NCBI GenBank assembly: GCA_040357565.1
Contig: JBDODJ010000073.1
Length of the DNA: 57,540 nucleotides
Reading direction: 5' to 3' (one strand)
DNA from: Cercozoa sp. M6MM
Lineage: Eukaryota; Protista; Endomyxa: Ascetosporea
The notes under the pieces were generated by a model that saw nothing but the letters and a program-made list of their open reading frames with translations, did no database searches and was not told where the DNA came from. Shown here piece by piece: positions 11,650-24,165 of this stretch (its first letter is position 1; every line of letters starts with the position of its first letter). The position numbers were made by a program, and so were the translations under genes.

Positions 11650-13907
11650 ATGTCCTTCTGGGTGCTAGGAAAGACCCCAGGTACACCTTCTGCAGCAAGT
11701 GCGTCACTGGAGCGATCTTTCGTGGCGCTTGAACCAGTTGTTGTTTGCTACTGGCTGGGCTCGACCATTTGAACCAGTTGTGTGAAATGCCATAGATGTC
11801 TCCTCTGTGTTTTTTTGCAGATATCTCCGAGTTCTACGAGCTCGGTGCGCAACTGGGTAAGCCCGGGCAATTCGGCGTCGCCCGTGAATGCGTGCACAGG
11901 TGGCGTTCTTGCCTGGAACCGGGCTTGTGTGGATTTGAGTTGTGTGAGAGTTTTGCGATGTATCTACACAGAGCAACGGGCGAGCGATGTGCCGTCAAAG
12001 TGATCGACAAAATGCGTCTGTACGCCACGAGCGATCCCGAACCGATGCTGCAAGAACTGTAGTTTTCCCACCAGACTCACTCAGGGTGTTGCTTTTGCAG
12101 CATGCAACCAGAGTATCCCCCAACTGAGCAGGCGCACCGAAATCGAAATCTTGCGTCGCTTGAGGCACCCCAACGTTGTTTCGTGTACCATTCTCTTAGT
12201 GCACATAATGTACAAATACAAATGCACTCTGCTTGTGTTGCAGTCTACGATGCCTTTGAGAGCGAGACGAAGCTGTACCTCGTGCTCGAATTGTGCCGAG
12301 GCGGAGAGCGTATGTTTGGGTTGCTTCTAAGCTTGGCTGTTGGGCTGTATTCCCAGATGCCTGTATGAGCAGTGTTTGATCGAATCGCTGCCAGAGGCAC
12401 GTTCAGCGAGGCCAACGCTGCCAACGTCATGCGCTCTGTATCTTGCAGTTTCTTATTTTTCTGGAGGAATGTTGGGAGTCCTGATGTCACATTGAACGCA
12501 GGTGCTCTGTGCTGTGAGCTACCTGCACGAAAACAGAATCGCGCACTGTGACCTGTACCCTTTTTTGATTGTCTATGTTTTATGTATTGCGAGATATATT
12601 GCTGTGGCTGCAGCAAACCAGACAACTTTATGTTCGTCTCAAAGGACGAAGATGCCAACCTCAAAGTGATCGGTACTTTGACCTTCCGTCCCTCAAAGTC
12701 TTCGCCCTGTAACTACTGCTGAGTGCGCTGCAGACTTTGGCATGAGCAAGCGCCGGCGACGCTCGCGACAGAAGTTCTCGCGCATGTGCGGCACGCCCGT
12801 AAGTTCCCTTTTTACCACGTTGGATATGTCCTTTCAGTCCGTGTTTGTGTGTGTGTGTGTATGTGTGTGTATGTGTGTGTGTATGTGTGTGTATGTGTAT
12901 GTGTGCAGTATTATTTGGCACCCGAAGTGCTCCGCGGCGAGTACAACGAATCGGCGGATCTGTGGAGTGTCGGCGTTGTTTGCTTCGTGGTACCCATCCC
13001 GCATGTTGTTGGTGCTGTTTTTGCATACTGGTGTTTGTCCTTCAGATGCTGTTTGGTTTCCCACCGTTCTTCTCAGACCCTCGAGTGACCACGGTACCTT
13101 TCTTGGCATGCAATGAGGGGAATATCGCTAGGTGTGCTATCTTGTAGGTCTCTCCGAACAAGCAGATCTTCCGCAAGATCGCGCGCGGCTTCTGTCCGCA
13201 AGTGCGACGCGGCTACGGCGCGTACCTTGAGCACATGCATCCAAGAGACTCTTTTTGCCCCCTTTACCGTGTGTGTGTGTGTGTGTGTCCCAGGTGGTTC
13301 CCGGAAGGTACGCCGGTGAGTGCGGCGGCACGCGACTTTATCTCGCGACTGCTCGTGATGGACACGGCTGCAAGATTGAGTGCCGACGAGGCGCTGGTGC
13401 ACCCATGGTAGGCACTAGGCATACCCTTCTTGTTGCCTATCTGCCTGTATGTGGCCGTGTGTGCCTGCGCACAGGCTAACGGGCGAGGCAACGACGACGC
13501 CGCTGCGCACGGTGGTGCTGAAGCAGCTGGTGCAGTTCAACAGCAAGTGCCGCTTCAAGATGGCCGTGGTGGCCTCTTTCACCGACGCACTCTCGGACGA
13601 GCAGCTGCAGGACCTGCGGACTACCTTTGAGCAAATGGATGCGGTATTGTCCTTTTGACCTTTGCAGATAATGTGTGTACTGTGTATGTGTGTGTATACA
13701 GGATGGTGACGGCACCATTACAAGGCAAGAAATGTGCGTGCACATGTAGCTACCTCTCCTGTCACTGGCAGTATGGATCAGTTGTACCTGCCCCTTTGTT
13801 CGCCACCTGACAGGAAGCAAGCACTGCAGCGGTCGCTGACCGACGCAGAGTTGGAGAAGATCTTCGCCAATGCCGACTTCGATGGCGATGGTGCTCTCAC
13901 CTTTGCT

Positions 13908-13947
<40 letters not shown>

Positions 13948-14058
13948 AGTATAGGTGGCCTCTCGTACGAGGAACTCTGCATGGTCTCGGTGGCACGCCG
14001 ACTTGAAGCCAAGGAGGACCGACTGTGGAGGGTACCTCTGTGCCCCCTTGTATCAATG

Positions 14059-14097
<39 letters not shown>

Positions 14098-14675
14098 TTA
14101 TATTTATGCGTGCGTGTGTGTTGGGCAGGCCTTCCGACAACTCGACGTCGACGGCGACGGCCGCATCTCGCCCGAGGAACTCAAGGCCGTGTGCAGCACG
14201 CAGTCCGAGTTCTCCGAGTTTGGGTAGGTTTAGGGGGCCGCCCGCCCCACCTTTGTATCATGCCGTGTTACCCCTTGTCATGTAGTGCGCAAGTGGAAGC
14301 ACTCGTAAAGGAAGTCGACACTGACGGCGACGGCTGTGTCAGCGTAGTCTTGCTCCCTTGCTACCCCAGACTACCTCCTCCGTTAACCCTCTGTTGTCCC
14401 TGCCAATCACTTCACAGTTCGCCGAGTTCTTGGAGGCGTTTGATCGCTCGTTTATTGATGAGGTACCCAATCAATCCTCCTCTGCCCACCCCTTGTATCT
14501 CTGCCTTCTATCAGGCCGAGGGCGAAGACTGGAGTGCTACAACGCCGCAACGGTCGCTCTCTTTGCGGTACACAAACTGTGCAGCTGATGTCCGATTGTG
14601 TATCCGTGTATGTGTGTCCGATTACCTTGATGACACAGGCAAAGCACGGTGCGAAGCGAGGCGGGCGATGTGTGA
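11650..14675 (+). CDS. CDPK: Calcium-dependent protein kinase (kinase + junction + 4 EF-hands), 22 exons
   Basis: Removing 21 GT-AG introns gives a continuous frame: LGKPGQFGVA, AVKVI, HCDLKPDNF, DFGMS, GTPYYLAPE, ADLWSVG. EF-hands: DADGDGTITRQE, DFDGDGGLSYEE, DVDGDGRISPEE, DTDGDGCVSFAE. Confidence 0.93.
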
Positions 14676-14834
14676 GCGTGCAGCGCAGCGTGTATCGATT
14701 GACTCCCGCGGCAGTGGACTAGACCACTGCAGGTTTTGAAACAATTTGTACTTCCGTTCAGTCAAGTTGTTTCAGTCGGCCACTGGATCATCGGCGATCT
14801 CTGTTCCTTTTCAATATTTTCTACTCTAACCTCC

Positions 14835-17611
14835 AGGCTGCGCAAGTAATTGTTCTGCAGCGCTTTTACGTAAACTACCCTGGACAAATCGCTGCTCACG
14901 TGGCCCAGACATCGTCTCCTTAAATGTAACAAGCGATCAGGCCGGACCGAAGAAACGGGCACTGTTTTGCTCTTGTTTGGCGCAGTGACGCTGCTGTGCA
15001 GACTTTTGGTGGCGCAAGGCCACACTTGAACAGTAGTGGAGTCCGTGCACCGGAAGGCGGTTTCTTCAGATGGGTAAATTTTGCTGCGGTACATTTTAGT
15101 TCAGCCATTGTCCCGTGCCTGCCTTTGCGCGCAGCCACGGTGGACGGCATCGTACGAGATTTCCGTCTTTGCGCCTTTGCTGTAGCTGTCGCTGATGGCA
15201 CACAAACCGACAAAGAGGTGCGGTGTTTTCTCGGTGTTTCTCCCCGAGAAGGAGGCACTCCTGTGGTTTGTGTGTGTTGCAGGGCAACCATCCTCTGCTG
15301 CTGATCAATGGCGAGCGCGGCATGGTACATTTCTTGCTGGGCAACTAGGTGAGTACTGTACCCACGTGGATATCACAGATGCAAACGGTGGCACGCGAGA
15401 GTGTTACGGCGACGATTAGTTTCTCCAACATTATGAGTGTGGTAATACAACTTTGATATGTGTCTTCTCGCTTGAAATAGTCCTTCCCTTACCAGGTGCC
15501 GAATGTGCAATTCAACGAATCCTTCTCAGTCTATATGAACGATGGTGCGTTCTCTCCCTTGAAAATGTCTGTTTTACAGCTTGGCACGTTTCATACTTGG
15601 GGGGGGGGGCAGGCAACACACCAGTGACGGTGACACTCGAGTCATCGATCGACCGCGACGAGTGCGTGCAATTGCTGCGTGCGCTACTCAAGATTCGGTA
15701 CGTTTCTCCGATTTCGCGCATCTTCTGTCTGATAGAGTGTGCTGGGAGTAGCAACACCGAGGAAGGCAATCCTTCCGACCTGGTCCCCGAGGTTGTGTAC
15801 GAGGGACCCACACGGAAGCGCAGTGGCATGTCGTGGAAGGAGGTAGTGCATCCCTTTACCCCCCCCCCCCGCCGTTACCTCAAGTCACCCCCTGTTACTC
15901 TCCAACAGCGATGGCTGGTGCTGCTGCCGACACGACTTTTGTGCTTCCGCTCGCGCGATGCGCACGTGCCGATCAATGTGTTGTCACTGTACAAGGTACT
16001 TCCTGACTACAGGCACTGCCTTGTCAGTACCTAACCTGGACGGTATTGTGTGTGTGTGCAGTACATGCCGGCAGTGTCTGGCTCGCACAAACGCACCGTC
16101 AAGCTCACTCATAGGTAGGCTCGCCTTCGTACTACCCCCCCCCCTCCCGGGGTGCAGTATGTCTTGTATGTAGCACCAAGAACTACCTGTTTAAGTTCGC
16201 GACCGACGAGAACCGCGCCGTGTGGAGCAACGCTCTGTCCGAGTCGGTACAAACCGGGATATTCTCCCTGTACTGGACTTAACCTGTCTGGGTGTGATCT
16301 GTACAAAAACAGGACGTGAGGTGCAGCGACATCGTCGGTTGTGAATCGGTTCGTTTGCGCAACGTGGACACGGAGGATCGCGCTGATATCAGGTGCGTGG
16401 TGAACATGTCTTACCTAACGCCCATAGAGACAGTGTCTTTGTTGCACAGTGAGCGACTTCGTGAGATCCTGGCTCTGGCTGCTCATGAGGCGGGCCACGA
16501 TGCTGCTGACTTCGATGAGGTATCTACTGTCTATGCAAGTGTCATGCAAGTGACCCACCCCTACCTTTCTGGTCCACAGGATGACAGCACGGATGCGCCG
16601 GCGGAAGTGCCGCCGCCGCCACCAGACGCGTCGTCACTCGTCCACCCGGAAGAAGACTTCGGCGCGGCGCCGCCCATGCTGACCGCGTTTAATCGGTACT
16701 CGGCGGGTGTCTCTTTTGGTGTGCTTGATCCCTTTACCCCTCCCCCTGTGTAGAAGGGCAGCCGAGTCAACCAAGGTGTTTTCCTGGGGCCAGGGATCGC
16801 AACTGCAGCTGTGCAATGGCAGCTCGCGCTCCTTCGACGACCCGCAGCCTGTAGCCACTTTATACCCCCTCCTGTGGTACTTTCTAGCCTTTAAACTTTG
16901 AGTACAGGTCGGTGCCCTGTCGGATGGCAAGCGGCAGTTTGTCGACCTGTGCTGTGCTACGTCTGGTACTGAGATTTCACCCTAAGCTCATTCTTATCCT
17001 ACTTCTCCTGTTCGTTTAGCTCCTTGTGCCTTTGCCGTATCGCGCGGTGGCAAGGTGTACTCGTGGGGCACAAGTCCGCTGCTCCTAGGTCTTGGCGTGG
17101 CTGCTAGTGGCCACCCACGTGTCTCAGCGGGCACGCCCTCGCATATAAGGTACACAGTGGCTCAGATATATCAACACTTGCGTACCGTTAGACTCCGACA
17201 CTACTGGATAGTTCCTTCCCTGGCGAGATGCCGTTCGTGTCGATGAATGATCGCGTGCCGCCTGCTGTCCCGCAGCGCGTTCGAATCGGGTACTCGTGCT
17301 TTAGCAGTCCTGGTGTACTGTAGCACAATGTGAACTCTGTGTGTGCTGCACAGACAAGTCGTGGCAGGCGAACGACATGCACTGGCTCTTGCGGCCGGTC
17401 CCTTCGTGGTACTGCCAAAACTATCCGTCTGGACTCTGGAATGGCATCATTCATTTTGTTTCAGTATTTCTTAAGAGTATTTTGTTAAGGGTGCGACGGA
17501 AAGCCGTGTGCCGTGCTGTGTGTTTGCGTGGGGCGATGCCGCCCTCACAGGTAGTCGTTTTTTGCTCCTTTTTAATCTCCCACACCCACACACACACGCG
17601 CGCGCACACAC

Positions 17612-17657
<46 letters not shown>

Positions 17658-19759
17658 GCACACACATACACACTCTCTTTTTATGTGTGGCCTATCTGCA
17701 GGTCTGGCACGTGACGTGCACTCGCCGACCCCGCTGCGTTTCTTGGCCAAGACAATCGTACGTTTGGACAGTCCAGTCTAGGGTCCATCTGTGCCCAGGT
17801 ACCTTGTTTTGATCGCAGGGTGAGCCAGTGACGCGAGTGAGCGCGCATGCCTCGCATTCGCTCGCACTGTCGGCGTCGGGTCACGTGTACTCGTGGGGAC
17901 TGCCCGGGTACAACACCTCCCCTTGTCCATCTGTACTCCATCTGTACTCTGTATGAACATATGGACGGTACACGTAGACCGTGGCTGGGCGGCGACACCA
18001 CGATGCAAGGTGAAACGTGTCACGTCGCTGCCGTTGATGTCGCCGAGCGCGTCCGATCGTAGTCGTTGCCTTTGCCCCATACCTTTACCCCCTTGCCCCC
18101 GTTTGCCTCCCTCCTTACCTCACCCTCACTACCCGAACATAGTGTGGCGTGTGGTCGCGAGCACTCGGTGGCCGTGACGTCGTCGGGCAGCGTCTACAGC
18201 TGGGGAAGCTCTCCGCGCGGACAGTGCGGTCACGGTGACACGCGCACCGTCAGTGTTCCGAAGGTGGTGCGCGCTCTGTCGAATCAACTGGCGGCTGAAG
18301 TGGTTTGCGGCGACGAGCACACTGCGGTATTGCCCACCCACCCATTTTACCCCATCCCCACCCCTACCTTCCCCCATCAGGTACTGACACGCAGCGGCAG
18401 GGTGTTTGTTTTCGGCAGCGGCGACGACGGTCGACTTGGACTGGTGCACTCTGTGTGTACAGTTGTACCGTCCATATCTACACATGTGTGACTACACCTG
18501 CAGGACCATATGGACGACGAGTTGTCGCCGGTGGCTGTGGCGGCACTGAGTGGCGACGATTTTGCGCTCGTGGCGTGCTCGCAGAGGTTTTACCCCCCCT
18601 CCCTTTTAACCCTCATCTTTACCCCCCCCCCCAGAGCGACGTTCTGCGTCAATACGCGCGGTGCAGCAGTGGCATGTGGTCACTGGCGACCACAGCAGCA
18701 GCAGCAGACTGGATGGTACCTTTTGTGACTCACTGGGGTGGTCATCCTATTCCCCCCCCCCCCCTCCTGTGCAGGAGTGATCTCGCCGGTGAATTGGATG
18801 GACGTCGCTGCTACTCGATTAGGTAGGACAGATCTAGCTTTCCTTCCACCACACTTTTATCCCCCCCCCCCCGTGTGGTAGTGGCGGCACGGACTTTGCA
18901 TTGGCGCTGACGCAGCTGGCCGAGTTGGACAGCGACGTGCTGCCGGCGCGCGTCGAATTCGTTAGCGAGGTTTGCCCTCTCCCCCACCCACCACCCCCTA
19001 CTCACCCCCCTCGTTGATACAGGCACCGTCGGCAGTTCCGCCGGCACCGCCGTCGATTCTGAACCATGTATCATCGGTGTAGCCACCCCTACTCCCTGCC
19101 TGGCTGACTATGTGCACAGGACATTCCGCCTCCGCCGCCAAGTGAACCTGCGCCGGATGCAGGTACCCTAATTAGAGCTCCATGAATTAAGACTCCCTTA
19201 ATTAAGACTCCTTTAATAGGAGCCACAGTGGACTCGTTGCTGCAGCGACTGCAGCAGGCCCGCGCACTGGTGTCGGCGACGCCGCCGCCCGAGGAGGTCC
19301 CACCGCCGCCTGTGTCGGCGCCCACGTCGACCAGTGGCACCGTCAGTGGCACCTCCAGCGGCACCGTCAGTGACCCGCAGACACCTGTATCAACCCACAC
19401 ACATACCATGTGCCCACCTGGGAGGAAGGGTTAACTGGTGTGTGTATCAGCAGGCACGTGCTCCGAAACTGAAGCTGCGAATCTCGCGTCCGGCGAAGCG
19501 CACGCCGCCTTCGTCCGGTATGGGTTTAAGGGGTGATAGGATAGAGGGCTGATGGGGGTAGGGTAAAGGGGTGATAGGGGAGTAAGGGGAGTAAGGGGAG
19601 AGGTTAAATGTGCTGTGTGCCCCAGCAGGCAGCGCAGGCGAGCGATTGCTCAAGGTGCGACTCGAGAACGGTATCGCACTCGGCTTCCTGCAGCCGCGGA
19701 CGCTCGTGCTCGCTGCTTTGCGCTCGCAGATCACGCAGGAACTGGTAGCACATACATCC

Positions 19760-19807
<48 letters not shown>

Positions 19808-19817
19808 NNNNNNNNNN

Positions 19818-19865
<48 letters not shown>

Positions 19866-20168
19866 CCCCAAAAGACCTGTGGAGGACATGTTGGTGTGCA
19901 CAGGACCGTGTGCCGCGTGCCTTCTGCTTCGTGTCGAACGGCGTGCCGATTGGCGTCAGGCAAGAGGCCTCGTGGACTGTCGATGCCCTCGGTAGTTTAG
20001 GCTAGCTTGGGCTTGTATCTATGTGTGTCTCTGTGTGTCTGTGTCTGTGTTTGTGTGTGTGCATGTTTATGTATGTGCATGTTTATTTTATGTGCATGTT
20101 TATGTATGCATGTGTATGTGCATGTGCGTATGACAGGCACGGCCGATGTCGTTTTGCGTGCCTTGTAA
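14835..20168 (+). CDS. PH-domain + RCC1-repeat protein with Pro-rich linkers and a small C-terminal domain (start uncertain)
   Basis: PH: YEGPTRKRSGMSWKE|RWLVLLPTRLLCF...FKFATDENRAVWSNAL. RCC1 repeats: VFSWGQG, VACGREHSVAVTSSGSVYSWGSSPRGQCGHG, VVCGDEHTA|VLTRSGRVFVFGSGDDGRLGL. Confidence 0.8.
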
Positions 20169-20296
20169 TAACGTATAGTCCACGACTGACTTTCGGACTC
20201 GGAGTCGATCCATCGTCAGTTTTAATTAACGTCTGACAGCCAGCGATGTTTTTACACTAAAAATTAAAGAAATCTGTCAGTCCTGGCTGAATACCC

Positions 20297-21512
20297 ATGG
20301 AGTCTAAGTAACTATAACAGACTGTAAGTTTGTAGAGCATGGCTAGAGATATCAAAACGCCTGGTTTTAGAGTGCTCACTTCCGTCGATTTTGCATCTTT
20401 GGAGAAAACGGTGCCCTTTTTGCTCTGTCGTTGCAAAATATGTACTCGTGATGGTTTGTTGGGATGGTATCACAGGAGAAGCCAGAGTGCGAAGAAGTAC
20501 TCGACAATGTGTCATTTTACGTCCGCCACCAGGTGGCCAGGTAGTTTGCTCTTCCCCCTACACCTTACCTTCTACCCCGGGGGGGGCCGCCGGTCGACGG
20601 CACGCCAAGGTGAGCGAGGAGATCGAAAAGACGGCGAAACCGATTTTGAAATGCGCCAAAATGCAGCGGCGACTCATTGGTGACGCCAGCGAGGACGAAC
20701 TGTCGTACAGTGTCTCTCACTGTCGTGTGTCCTGACTGGATCTATCAGTCTGGTGTATCGACGCACTGTGTCCAGAGTACGACAGCCGCGTGTGCCGGTG
20801 AGTGTGGTGCGAGTGCCCGTGTACACGAGTGTGACCTGGGAGACTGCGTCTCCTGACACTGAGCACAGCAGACATTCCAGCAGACATGACCATAGCGGAA
20901 GCGACACCGACGATACCGATGAACATGAGACTGGTGGTATGTCCAGTCAGTGACATCTTCTGTGGTCGATGTCCCCCATTGCAGACACTCAGAAACACCT
21001 GCACGGAATGCCGCTTGTTGTGGCCGAGCCCTTCTTGTCGCTGCCGATTGGAAACGAGTCGAGCGACGTCATCATTGGCGTGCCTGTGCCGACACCCGAC
21101 GAGATCGCACTCATCGAGAGTCGCAAACGTCACCGCGAACGTCTCGATGTAGCTCCTGTCGTTTATCCCCTTTACCCCTTGACCCATATCCTTTACTACA
21201 GGAAGAGGAGACTAAACGGATCGAACTGCAGCTGCAGGAGTGGCAACGTCACGACCGGGCGCGATACAACGAATGGTTCGGCCTGGATGCCGTAGCTTTT
21301 TTTTTAAGCGTCTGACAAGTGTAGCTGCTGTCATGTTAGTTCCTGACTGTGCACAGGCCGGCAACTACGTGGAACCACCGTCTCCCCCTCCGCCCCGCAC
21401 GGTACTTCTGTAATACACTACCCAATTACCCTGGCATGTTCGGAAATGGACACAGAAGAGGAAACTACGACTACGCCGAAAGAAACCAGCTAAAGAAACT
21501 AGCCCCAAATGA
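20297..21512 (+). CDS. Hypothetical protein (multi-exon, basic C-terminal tail)
   Basis: Exons bounded by GT/AG give a plausible continuous frame ending ...RLRRKKPAKETSPK*. No recognised domain. Confidence 0.45.
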
Positions 21513-21759
21513 TTGTTTTTATTTAATGTGTTTGCTATAAACCCAATCAAGTGCCTCTAAGCACGACAAAACGACTACTGTACCATGCATATTTTTAATC
21601 TTTTGGCGGCTAGCATTAGACACACTGTGCTACGACTTGCGCGTGGCCCTGTAGTTTAATCTTGGCCCTTGCATTGCCTGTTGGCATTAACAGTCACGGA
21701 AGGTGACCAAAGATTTTTGTTGAAATGAATTGTGCATTTTGTATTTTTCTGGCAGGAGC

Positions 21760-23995
21760 ATGGAGGCGCGCGGACGCTCGGGCAAGATCTCGGCGCCATT
21801 GTACTCGCTGATTGCCCGACAGCTGCGTGATGACGGCTTCGGTGAGCTGGCACAGCAGGTAGATCGGCTGGTTTCAACTTTTACTTGCCCCTCCGTGCAA
21901 CCTTCCTTTTTCGGTTTGTCTAGTTGTGTACCGAAACAAGCGTCTCTCTCGACGACAAGTTGGGCGTACTTCAGTTCATTTGTAACGTTCATCGCATCTG
22001 AAGTGTGTTGTGTTTTGTCTGCGCGCAGAACAGGAAATTGCAGTCCATTGTGGACAGGTAGCTAAACGCTGTGTCAGTATGGTACATCACCTGTCACAAT
22101 GTGGACTGCATGCAGTGGCAAGGCAGCGCAAGAGAAGGAGCGATTGGAGCGCGATGCCGTGCAGTTTCCGAGCATGAAAGTGAACTACTCAAGTTCGTTC
22201 AAAAAGTCGGCACGTGCAGTTGCCTTCTCTGCCGATGGCAAGGTACCAGAGTCTGTAGCTTGTTACACAACAGAGGCCACGTGTTTGCATGGCCCAGTTG
22301 TGTGCTGCGGGTGGTGGCGACGGCGTGGTTCGTGTATTTGACGTCAATCGCATGCACCTACTCAACGTAATGCTCCCGCTGCAACACCAGGGGCAGTTCA
22401 CCATATGGTTTATGCATATGCAATGCTCACAGGCCTCGCGTCGCAGTCAGTCGGAAGTGTCACGCTGCGTGCGCAAAACCGTCTCTGGCAGTTCGGTGTG
22501 TTGGCTCGCTGACTGCACACTGAACAATGATATGGTTTGAGTAACTATCTGCATGCTGTGTTGCAGAGTCTCGTCAGGGCAGTCGCCTTCCAGCCGCGCG
22601 GAACGTTGATGGCGACGGCTTCAGACGACTGCGCTGTCCGACTGGTATACACCAGTCCATTTGCACCTATGAGTGTACTTGATTCTGACTGTAGTACGAC
22701 ATCGCTGCGGCAGGTCGAACGCGACGACCGGATGCCACGTTGCCAGAGTACCACAAGGTAGTCCTTGCTGACCAGTCTGTTGAGTGCGTTTTACTGGGCG
22801 GAACTGGGGGGTAGATGCGCTGCTTGAGTTTCCACCCGACGGGTGAGTGGCTCCTGGCCGGCGGTGCACACGCTTTCTTGCGTCTCTACGACACCGAGAC
22901 CATGCAGTCCTACTCGCCGCGTTCGATGAGTTCACAACACAGTAGTCTTCCTTACCTGCCGCTTTATCCTGGCCCTGCTGTGTTTGTGTAGCGCCCCCCC
23001 CCCCCCCCCCCCGCGCGCTTGCTTTACCCCTGCAGCAAAAGACGTTAACGACGTCACCGTCAGTCGGCAGGGTGATCTTTGGGTTACTGCCGGTGAAGAC
23101 GGTACCTCTTGTTTCCACTGTGTGTCTGTGTGTGTGTGTGTGTGTCTGTATGTCTGTGTCTGTGTCTGTGTCTGTGTCTGTGTCTGTGTCTGTGTCCGCG
23201 TGGACATACTGGTGTGATAGGTGACGTTCGAATTTGGGACGGTGCGAACTGTCAGTCCACGACCACTCTGCCACGTGCGCACGGTATTGTTGTGTACACA
23301 CTCGTTTGGGACCACTTTGTAAGCAGCACGGGACAGGTGGCACGCCTGCGATCTCGGTGAGATTATCGTCAGATTCGCGAATGCTCGTGACTGTACTCTT
23401 TGGCCTCTCTCAGCCATCATTGTATTCTGAGGGTGCCTGTAATGTGTTTGCTTGCACAGGCCGGTCTCGACGATCGAGCTCTGACCTGGGACATGCGCAA
23501 ACTGGACTGTACATTTTGCATCTGACTGTACCCTTCCTGTCCACCTTGCAGACACTGATTGAGTAGCCCCGGTGCACGAGTTCACTGGCGCCCGCAGACG
23601 AAGCCGAGGTACCGAGTGCTGTTGGCTCCCTCCTCCCTGCTAAACTCACTGTACCCACTGCCTTGCACAGGTGTCGCCGCTGTATTCTCGCACGACGAGC
23701 GCTTTGTTCTGTCTGCCTGCGAACGCACCGGCGACGTGCACGTCTGGCACGCGCAGCTCGGTCACTCGGCTAAGGTCATTAAGGTAGTCTGCCCTGTGTA
23801 TTTGCATGTGCCTGCATGTGCACGGTTTTTTGTTTCTGCCTCACTCAGACCTCGGGCAGTCGTATCAACGACATTGCGTGCTCGCCGAACGAACTCGTGT
23901 TTTTGTTGGCCTGCAACGACGGCAAGAGTCGCTTCTACGCGCCCGCTGAGTCCGCTGGTGCTGCTTCGAGTGGCCAGATGGTCGACCATGATTGA
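21760..23995 (+). CDS. CSTF1: Cleavage stimulation factor 50 kDa subunit-like WD40 protein
   Basis: N-terminal LYSLIARQLRDDGF resembles the CSTF1 dimerisation helix. WD40 repeats follow: KKSARAVAFSADGK|LCAAGGGDGVVRVFDVNRM, VRAVAFQP, VTAGEDG|DVRIWDG, FSHDERFVL. Confidence 0.75.
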
Positions 23996-24165
23996 AATAA
24001 CTGGCGTGGCAGCGCGTGGACGATAGCGTAGCTGCTCAGCTACTCGTACTGGACTAATAACCGTTAGTTTAATCGAATTAGACTGCCCGTCACAGTTGAG
24101 TCGTCGTAGCTAGGTAGGGAGGTTTTTTTAATTTACTGAGCGCAGAGAGCAAGAAGCTACCGTTC

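Noticed and set aside
11650-14675. Stop-codon reassignment or frameshifting as the cause of fragmented ORFs
   Set aside because: In the genes traced in detail (CDPK, SF3B5, RPS23), interruptions are removed by GT-AG introns, and TAA, TAG and TGA all occur as terminal stops.
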